This document shows positions 57,214 to 64,000 of a DNA stretch of 64,000 nt, piece by piece. The number at the start of each line of letters is the position of its first letter. Position 1 is the stretch's first letter. The position numbers were made by a program, and so were the translations under genes. Under the pieces are notes generated by a model that was given only the letters and a program-made list of their open reading frames with translations, did not search any database and was not told the DNA's origin. The stretch is from Candidatus Latescibacterota bacterium (GTDB lineage: Bacteria; Latescibacterota; UBA2968; UBA8231): NCBI GenBank assembly GCA_963422735.1, contig OY730476.1:1056001-1120000 (forward strand). Direction: 5' to 3'.

Positions 57214-58236
57214 TTACAGATAATCCGCAATTCGCTTGGGCTGCCCATCCACCGTCGTCTCCATCGCTGCAATCACCAACGCGAAACTCTGCAAATTATC
57301 TTCAATCCGCGTCGCCGACGCCTTGCCTCCCTCTAGCCAATCCACAAACTCCTTGAACAAATACTCGTGCCCTGCCCACTCCATCGCCGGTGCCGGATAC
57401 ACCTCTACCTCCTGCCCCACCCGATAGATTCGCACCTCGTCTCCCGCTCCTATCTCCACCGTCCCTTCCTCGAACTCCAAGCGATAGTACTCGCTGTGCC
57501 AACAACTCGTAATCCCGGCGGCCGAACTGTTTCCCTCGTACGCAGTATGCACTCCATTGTCCATCCTCATCAGATAAAGCCCGCTCGAATAGTGCTTAAA
57601 ACTCGACCACGCCGGGTTCCACCCAAACCCTTGAAACACCTCGCAATCCCCCCCCGCTAAAAAGCGCATCATATCGAAGTGATGCACCGCGCCCTCAAAG
57701 AGCAAGCTGAAATCCATATCGTGTCGCCACGCCTTGCCCCACGACATGTATTCGCGATAGTCGCAGGCGTAGCGGCCGAAGATGTGCTGTAGCCGCCCAA
57801 GTCGCCCTTCGTCGCGAATCCGCACCAGCTCTTGCTTGTTGGGCGCGTAGCGGTAGTTCTGGATAATCGCGCACGGCAACCCCGTCTCCTCGGCCTTAGT
57901 TGCCATCGCCTTGGCCGCTGCTAACGTATCGGCAATCGGCTTCTCGCAGATAACCGCCATCCCCGCTTCCAGCGCGGCGATGGCCTGCGGGCTGTGGAAC
58001 TGCGGCGGAGTGGCAATGCCGCAGAAATCGGCCTGTACCTTGGTGCAAGCCTCTTCGCAATCGGTAAAAAGCTGATCGGCTCCCAAGCCGAGCTTGGCCC
58101 CTTGAGCGGCGAGTGCTTCCTCGTTGACATCTACTAGCCCGACAATCTGGATTCTGTCGTCGAGGCGCTCGGTCATCCGTCCGATCCAACCGCCCGCCAT
58201 GCCGCTAGCACCGATCATCAAACAAGTCTTAACCAC
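57214..58236 (-). CDS. Gfo/Idh/MocA family oxidoreductase
   Basis: GASGMA, ATPPQFH, ICEKPIA, EGAVHHFD. Confidence 0.92.
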   Translation of the reverse strand: MVKTCLMIGASGMAGGWIGRMTERLDDRIQIVGLVDVNEEALAAQGAKLGLGADQLFTDCEEACTKVQADFCGIATPPQFHSPQAIAALEAGMAVICEKPIADTLAAAKAMATKAEETGLPCAIIQNYRYAPNKQELVRIRDEGRLGRLQHIFGRYACDYREYMSWGKAWRHDMDFSLLFEGAVHHFDMMRFLAGGDCEVFQGFGWNPAWSSFKHYSSGLYLMRMDNGVHTAYEGNSSAAGITSCWHSEYYRLEFEEGTVEIGAGDEVRIYRVGQEVEVYPAPAMEWAGHEYLFKEFVDWLEGGKASATRIEDNLQSFALVIAAMETTVDGQPKRIADYL

Positions 58237-58304
58237 GATGCGCTCCTTCTAATTTTTCGCATTGGAATTTGGATACTGATGCTACGCTACTAACTTCCTA
58301 CTCA

Positions 58305-60650
58305 CTAATAGGCCAAAGCGAGGGACCGCAAGACCGCCTCGCTACCGCTCGCCGTTCCTGGGTCAATCCGGCAGAGGTACATCCCCGGCAACGCCAACGC
58401 GCCATCCGCAGCGTACCCCGACCAGCGAAAGTGCCAGCGTCCGGCAACCTTGGTGCCACCCGGCTGGGCGATCAACCGCCCGGCGACATCAAAAATCCGC
58501 ACCTGTGGCTCCTGTGCCTTGAAAACTATAAAGCCGATCTCCACCGCGTCGTTGACCCCGTCGCCGTTGGGCGTAAAGGCCTCGGGCGCGATCTCCACGT
58601 CGGCGACGAGCGCAGACTGGACGGGCAGGTCGGGCAACAGCACGATATGGGCCCGTCGTGCACTCGGCACTACCGACTGCCAAAGCTCGGGACGCTCGCT
58701 CGCGCCTAGATCGAGTGCGAAGAGTGCTGCATTGTCCAAAAGCCGCACAGTAAAATCCACCTCTACCGAATCGGCGACCACCACGTGCGGCAACAAGACC
58801 AAAAGCGAATCGCCGCTCAGCACCACCTGCTGAGGCGCTACGTCCTCCCCGCCGATCCGCAGCGCCACGTTGCCCGTGGTCGTGCCGGGAATGCGAAAGC
58901 GCAAGCGATCGAAGCCGCTGTCCTGCCCATCGGTACTTGGCCACAGCGTATAGGTAAAACGCGTATCCTCGTTGAGCTGGGCTTCTCGTGGCCAAATTTG
59001 CCCGCGCGCGGACTGTACCAAAGCATCGACAAATTCAATCGTCAGCGCATCTACTGCTGGAGCCACTTGCGGGTCGTCGGTCGAGAGGATCATCTCCAAC
59101 TGCACGAAGCGGCGCGGGCTCGCCGATTGGAAGATCTCCCCTGAAAACTGATAAACGTTGCTCCAAGCGTCCCAATCTTCGCCGACGACCAAGGTCGTAT
59201 CAATGGGGCCTTTTAACACCTTGGGCAAGCTGTTGTAGCGCTCCTCGGTGACGCGGTCCCCTTTTTTGTCGAAGAAGGCATACCTTTCTTGCAGCGCGTT
59301 GCCCGCACGCGAGCGCAGTTGGATTCTAGTCCGCGGCGGCAAGTGGGCTTTCCAAGTCAGCCCCTCAATCACCTTAGGCCGCCCATCGCCAGCTTCTGTC
59401 GCTAAATCGACAAAGTCCGAGCGCATCTCCACACGCGCCGGGTACCCCGCAGAAAAGAGCATAGTCTCTAGGCCCCAACCAAAGCCTGTTGCCGTCCCGT
59501 CTATCTCGTGCCAGAGCAGGTAGCGGATCTTGCGCGGAGCGAATAGGTAGCGCTGGTGAAAAAGTCGCCCCAAACACTGGGGCCGACAGCGATCTTCGAC
59601 GAGCACCTCGTAGTCAACCTGTTCGGGTACCGGCAATCCCGATCCGGCGGCCGGGCGGCCGTCGGAGACCAAGAAAAGCCCGCCTGCGGCCGAAGGGTTG
59701 CCGCCCTGTACCTGGCTGCGTAGCCCTTCGCCTAGCTGGCTGAAGTAAATAAAAAGCTCGTCGAGAAAAAACACCGCCCCTAAATCCACCCGCCACCACA
59801 CCCCCGCGTCGCGCCAGCCGCCTTCGGCAGTGGTCAAAAGGGCGAAGCTGTCCATATCGCCGTCGAACATCAGGGCCGCACCCGTAGTCCGACCGCCTTC
59901 GAGAAAACTGCCACCGCGACCCGCGGTGCCCAAGCTCACATTGTCCCCCACCGCCAAGACCTCGACCTCTGCCAGCGCCACGCCCGGGCTATGCTCGTCG
60001 ATTTCGACAATGATATACTGGATCACTTGAAAGCGCTTCTCGCGCTCTAAATCGAGTGCCAGCCCTTCGTCGAGTACATAGGTGCTGTCGGTTCTTAGAT
60101 ACTCGAGGGGAATCACCAGTTCGGTTGCAGTATTGGGTCTGGATGTGCGATAGATCGCTTCGAACTTGAATACATCGTTGAGCGCATCGATTCGGGCACC
60201 CGAGGCGACAAAGACGCTGAATTGCCGCAAGGGCCGCGCCCCCTCGCGGTCGGGAAAGACCAAGCGAATCTGGCGCGCCAGCACCGGACGCCCCAAATCT
60301 ATCTGCACCGACCACTGATCGATCGCATCGTCGGGGTCGGGTTGCCAGAAGGTTTCCAGATCGCCATCGACAATCAAATCTGCCGTCTGCGGGTTGCTCT
60401 TGGCCTCCCAGATCCCGCCGCTCACCTCGCCGCGCTTCTGCGTCGCATGGCGGAAGTCCCCGGCGTTGGCCACCGCATTGATCTCCTTGCGGAACTTCGT
60501 CAGTTGCAGCCTGCCGTCGGCATTGATCTGCACCAAGTCGTTGGGCATCTGCCAAGTCTGCCACGCCGCTGCACTGTCGAAGCGGAGCTCATCGGCCCAT
60601 ACCGCGCCGATTATTCCCAATAGTAGCGCATAAAAAGAGCGCATCGCCAT
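58305..60650 (-). CDS. Large secreted protein, paralogue of 43719-46043, with TPNGDG-type C-terminal domain
   Basis: Signal peptide; ADELRF, VDGDLETFW.PDP, QIDLGR, RSRAG, FQSASPRRF; tail FTPNGDGVND...FDVAGR...PGMY...LALAY. Confidence 0.87.
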   Translation of the reverse strand: MAMRSFYALLLGIIGAVWADELRFDSAAAWQTWQMPNDLVQINADGRLQLTKFRKEINAVANAGDFRHATQKRGEVSGGIWEAKSNPQTADLIVDGDLETFWQPDPDDAIDQWSVQIDLGRPVLARQIRLVFPDREGARPLRQFSVFVASGARIDALNDVFKFEAIYRTSRPNTATELVIPLEYLRTDSTYVLDEGLALDLEREKRFQVIQYIIVEIDEHSPGVALAEVEVLAVGDNVSLGTAGRGGSFLEGGRTTGAALMFDGDMDSFALLTTAEGGWRDAGVWWRVDLGAVFFLDELFIYFSQLGEGLRSQVQGGNPSAAGGLFLVSDGRPAAGSGLPVPEQVDYEVLVEDRCRPQCLGRLFHQRYLFAPRKIRYLLWHEIDGTATGFGWGLETMLFSAGYPARVEMRSDFVDLATEAGDGRPKVIEGLTWKAHLPPRTRIQLRSRAGNALQERYAFFDKKGDRVTEERYNSLPKVLKGPIDTTLVVGEDWDAWSNVYQFSGEIFQSASPRRFVQLEMILSTDDPQVAPAVDALTIEFVDALVQSARGQIWPREAQLNEDTRFTYTLWPSTDGQDSGFDRLRFRIPGTTTGNVALRIGGEDVAPQQVVLSGDSLLVLLPHVVVADSVEVDFTVRLLDNAALFALDLGASERPELWQSVVPSARRAHIVLLPDLPVQSALVADVEIAPEAFTPNGDGVNDAVEIGFIVFKAQEPQVRIFDVAGRLIAQPGGTKVAGRWHFRWSGYAADGALALPGMYLCRIDPGTASGSEAVLRSLALAY

Positions 60651-60654
60651 GCTC

Positions 60655-62676
60655 TCAGTAGATCAGTGTTAATGGGCGCAACCGACGCACTCCCGTCCGC
60701 TCGGCTTCAGGCGCTATTTCAACTAGATAGATACCTGGCGACAACAAAACCCCGTCTCCATCGCGCCCATCCCAGCGCACCCGCTGCACACCGAAGTGCT
60801 GTGTACCCAAAGACCGCTTGGCTACCCGTCTCCCGTCGAGCGAATACACCTTGAACACCACGGGTACATCCTCCGGCAACCCCACCAGTGCATAGCCGAT
60901 CTCGACCTCGTCGTGGATTCCGTCGCCATTGGGCGTCAGCACCCTAGTGGAGAAATCCAATCCCATCACCGGCCCAGCATTTTGCCCGGCCATCCCTAAA
61001 ACCCGCAGACTATTGGTCCCCAGTTTGGCACTGGCGTCGCCCGGTTCAACAGGCTGGGGCAGCGCATCGACATCGGCATTATAGACCTCGCCCGAAAAGG
61101 TCCAAGCCAGCGAGAACACATCGGCGACAAAGACGACCCGCACCCCCTCGGCGGACCCTGGCCCGATCCGCTCCGGCAACACGACCGCTAGTTCCTCGTC
61201 GCCCTCGACGACTTCAACTGGCTCGACCACACTCGGAGGGTGCCCCATCTCCAGCCGGGTAAACGCAACTCGCGTCCCAGTGCGAATCCTCAGCGCGTCA
61301 AAGCCTGCCCCCTCACCGGCAAATTCGCCGCGGATATCGTAAATCAGCTCCGCCGTTTCCCCCAGCGGCACTTGGGTCAAGCCCCCCTCCGGCTGCACGT
61401 CACCTGCCAGCGCCACCTCGCCCACGACCCGGCTAGCTAGTAGCGGCGCGGTCTCAATCCACAACGAGTCGAGCCGCATCCACGCGTCGAATTCCTCGCT
61501 CACGAACGCGATACGCAACTGCAAGTGCGTCCCGCCTTTGAGGCCGCTGGCCTGCCCCGGCTCAGAAAAAGGCAACGACCAAAAAGACCAATTGTCGCTA
61601 TCGTACTGGATAGAGGCCCGCATTCCCGGCCGGGGATCGCGCAGACGGCCGGCGCGCCAGCGCGGCTGCAAAACCAAATCGTAGCGCGTGCGCATCACCA
61701 CTTCCTCGCCGCCGCGGTCGGTGTATTCGTGGTAGATGTTCGGATCCCCGTCGCGTCCCGTACGCACCTCCACCTCCACCTCCACCTCAGCATCGAGTGC
61801 CTCCACTAGTTCGCCACCGACTATGCGTAGCGGCGTCGCCGCCCAGGACAGGCGACCGAAGTTGACGGACTTTTCCAATTCGAAAATCCGCGAGCGGTAC
61901 ACTGCCTTGCGCGGTATCCCCTCGCCAAAGAGTTCAAAGTCGCCGATTGATCCCTTGAAAGCGGTCCCCGAACGCACGCTAGTGTTGCCCCCCCTCCCCG
62001 AATCCAACAGCGAGGTCTTCCGCTTGTAGCGCACGAAGCGCACGTATTGCCTAGGAAATTCGATCTGCACCCGGGTGGCAAAGTTTTCGGCTACATTGGC
62101 AATCAGTGGACCAATGCGTTTATAAGGTTGGGAGCCTTCGAGCCAGCTCGGATCGCCTTCCGCCGCGATAGACACCTCGTAGGCCGGCACGGCATCCTCG
62201 ACAAAGGGGATGCCGTCCGAGCGAAAGCCCCGAGGCGGAGCGAAAAAACCAAAGCGATGTACAGGCATCGGTACGGCTAGATCAATGGTGTACCAGACCG
62301 ATTCAGGATTAGACGAGACCGGCGGATTGAAAGACATGCTGTCGCCATCAACCATATAGGTGCCATTGTGGGCGGTGGTTTCGTTGCCCTCCGCACCCTT
62401 CCAAGCCCGTGGCGTCTCGCCTTCGACGTAGGTCAACTCGCGCGGCTCTTTGAGCGGTTCCCAGCCGCTAAAGAGCGAAAACAAACTTTGCTCGGGGTCG
62501 ATATAGACGGGTTGAATCGCGCCGGGTGCCGAGTCGAAATCAATGAGCACCACAGCAGAATCGCCCTCGCTCCAGGCTAAGCCCGCACCGCCGATCTGCC
62601 AGCTATGTCGCTGGGCACTGCTAGCCGTTTCCGAGCAGACCAGAAATAGCCAAATGCCTATTCGCAAACCTACCAT
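60655..62676 (-). CDS. Large secreted protein of the same family with TPNGDG-type C-terminal domain
   Basis: Signal peptide; MVDGD, TIDLA, VRTGRD, NWSFWS; tail LTPNGDGIHD...YSLDGR...WDGRD...SPGIY...LTLIY. Confidence 0.85.
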   Translation of the reverse strand: MVGLRIGIWLFLVCSETASSAQRHSWQIGGAGLAWSEGDSAVVLIDFDSAPGAIQPVYIDPEQSLFSLFSGWEPLKEPRELTYVEGETPRAWKGAEGNETTAHNGTYMVDGDSMSFNPPVSSNPESVWYTIDLAVPMPVHRFGFFAPPRGFRSDGIPFVEDAVPAYEVSIAAEGDPSWLEGSQPYKRIGPLIANVAENFATRVQIEFPRQYVRFVRYKRKTSLLDSGRGGNTSVRSGTAFKGSIGDFELFGEGIPRKAVYRSRIFELEKSVNFGRLSWAATPLRIVGGELVEALDAEVEVEVEVRTGRDGDPNIYHEYTDRGGEEVVMRTRYDLVLQPRWRAGRLRDPRPGMRASIQYDSDNWSFWSLPFSEPGQASGLKGGTHLQLRIAFVSEEFDAWMRLDSLWIETAPLLASRVVGEVALAGDVQPEGGLTQVPLGETAELIYDIRGEFAGEGAGFDALRIRTGTRVAFTRLEMGHPPSVVEPVEVVEGDEELAVVLPERIGPGSAEGVRVVFVADVFSLAWTFSGEVYNADVDALPQPVEPGDASAKLGTNSLRVLGMAGQNAGPVMGLDFSTRVLTPNGDGIHDEVEIGYALVGLPEDVPVVFKVYSLDGRRVAKRSLGTQHFGVQRVRWDGRDGDGVLLSPGIYLVEIAPEAERTGVRRLRPLTLIY

Positions 62677-62892
62677 GCCTGCACCTTGGTCAAGCCTCTT
62701 CGCAATCGGCAAAAATCCATTCGGCCATGCCGCTCAAACGGGTCTTAACCGCCATGACACGCCCTTTCTATCAATCTGTAACACAATGGCCACGTGAATT
62801 TAAGAGCCGACAAACTAGGCAAAATTCCTTATAATTAGATGTTTCTTTATAAAGTGTTTTTTATTTAATCCCCCAAATTGAACGGCAAACGC

Positions 62893-64000
62893 ATGCGAAA
62901 TCGCGCAATTAAGCAAGGCATTTTGGTTTTTCCCGCTGGCGCTACAACCGATGTGCAGGTCGCTGGCCGCACCCTCCTCCAGCGCGGAATCCGCACCATG
63001 GCTAGCGCAGGCATCAAGCGCGTCTTGGTCGTGCTCCCCCCCGGCCACGCCCTCAGCGGCAAGTCCTCAGTCCCCGACCTCGACATCCAAGTAGAGCAAA
63101 TTACCCTGGCGTCCGCTCGCCTACCCGAAGTGCCCCTTCTTCTGCTCAGAGGTGATTGCGTCCACCACCACTCCTCGCTGCAAGCCCTCATTGACGCGGG
63201 CCTGCAACGAGACGACCTCGTCGCGCAGACCAGCAACGATGGCCGCATCAGCAGCGGAGCGTTTCTCTGCGCGCCGGGCGCGTTGCCTCCGGATGCGCTA
63301 ACCGGCGACCTCTGGAGTTCGCTCCCAGCGCGTCCGCACCGCCGCGAAGACATTGCGCCACACCTGTGGCAACAAGTAACCGACAAGCGCAGCGCACGCG
63401 CCGCTAAGAACATGCTCTTCGCCCAAGTGAGCAAGGCCACCAGCGGCACGGTGGCGCGCCTTTTCAACGTGCGCATCTCAGTCCCCATCAGCAAGCTCAT
63501 CGTCGATACTGGCATCTCGCCCAACATGGTGACCTTTTTCATGGTCCTGTGCCCGGGCCTGCTCGCCGCCTATCTGGCGACGCGGCCCGATGACTACTCG
63601 CGGCTAGTATGTGCTGGCGTCCTCTGGCAGCTCGCCTCCATCCTCGACGGCTGCGATGGCGAGATCGCCCGCGTCAAGCTAGCCGAAACCAAATTCGGCG
63701 CTTGGTTCGATACGGTCACCGACAATCTCGCCTATCTCTGCGGCTACGCCGCTCTGATGGCCGGTATGTGGCATCTCCATCCCGACAATTACCTGCCCAT
63801 CTACGCCGGCATCTCCGCCATCGCCTCGATGGTCCTGACCTTGGTCTTGCTCTACGGCTATGCCCTGAAAACCGGCACCGGCAGCCTACAGTACTACCTC
63901 GGCGACTTGGGCAACAAGGTTCCCGACTGCGAAAAGGACTGGAGTTATCGGTTCTTAGAGCGCACCGGCTTTATTACCAAGCGAGATTTCCTCTCGTTGT
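62893..64000 (+). CDS. CDP-alcohol phosphatidyltransferase with an NTP-transferase-like N-terminus (runs off the window)
   Basis: Read manually (absent from the ORF track): VAGRTLLQRGIR N-terminus, ISPNMVT, and the LDGCDGEIARVK...FGAWFDTVTD signature in the same frame. Confidence 0.85.
   Translation, partial: MRNRAIKQGILVFPAGATTDVQVAGRTLLQRGIRTMASAGIKRVLVVLPPGHALSGKSSVPDLDIQVEQITLASARLPEVPLLLLRGDCVHHHSSLQALIDAGLQRDDLVAQTSNDGRISSGAFLCAPGALPPDALTGDLWSSLPARPHRREDIAPHLWQQVTDKRSARAAKNMLFAQVSKATSGTVARLFNVRISVPISKLIVDTGISPNMVTFFMVLCPGLLAAYLATRPDDYSRLVCAGVLWQLASILDGCDGEIARVKLAETKFGAWFDTVTDNLAYLCGYAALMAGMWHLHPDNYLPIYAGISAIASMVLTLVLLYGYALKTGTGSLQYYLGDLGNKVPDCEKDWSYRFLERTGFITKRDFLSL

Noticed and set aside
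62865-63542. Minus-strand 225-aa ORF and other long antisense or alternate-frame ORFs (e.g. 3227-4114, 37785-38822, 54774-55775)
   Set aside because: Shadow frames of real genes in GC-rich DNA; no motifs.

Overview
A 64-kb, mostly GC-rich bacterial window. The gene content (many PhyH/2OG dioxygenases, Gfo/Idh/MocA oxidoreductases, a DUF6785-type membrane protein, large secreted proteins with FlgD-Ig-like C-termini) suggests a Latescibacterota/Handelsmanbacteria-like organism, possibly a sponge symbiont; this is inference only. The first 8 kb is housekeeping: hrcA-grpE-dnaJ without dnaK, divergent from glnA, then hemC, a cobA-hemD fusion and an AIR-synthase-like gene. The rest is an accessory mosaic of catabolic enzymes, defence genes (a type II R-M pair, AbrB-VapC, an ApeA-like HEPN protein, an MNT-HEPN fusion inside a decayed type III R-M locus, a broken Eco57I-like methylase) and many deletion-eroded pseudogenes. 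Main unexplained structures: (1) a MITE-like element at 40957-41181 with CGGAmTTTCCTAG inverted ends and an 8-bp target duplication. Its 152-bp body recurs at 46167-46318, and each copy carries a telomere-like 7-bp array with a different, internally uniform unit (TCAGTGR versus TTAGTRG). (2) A paralogous family of secreted proteins sharing a 'TPNGDG..D...WDGR...PG.Y...Y*' tail, next to a protein with a T9SS type-A-like tail, which suggests a CTD-directed export system. (3) Two PhyH-containing segments, each bracketed by diverged direct repeats. No rRNA, tRNA, CRISPR array, reverse transcriptase or intact transposase/integrase was recognised. All calls come from reading the sequence and recalled motifs; no database searches were run.
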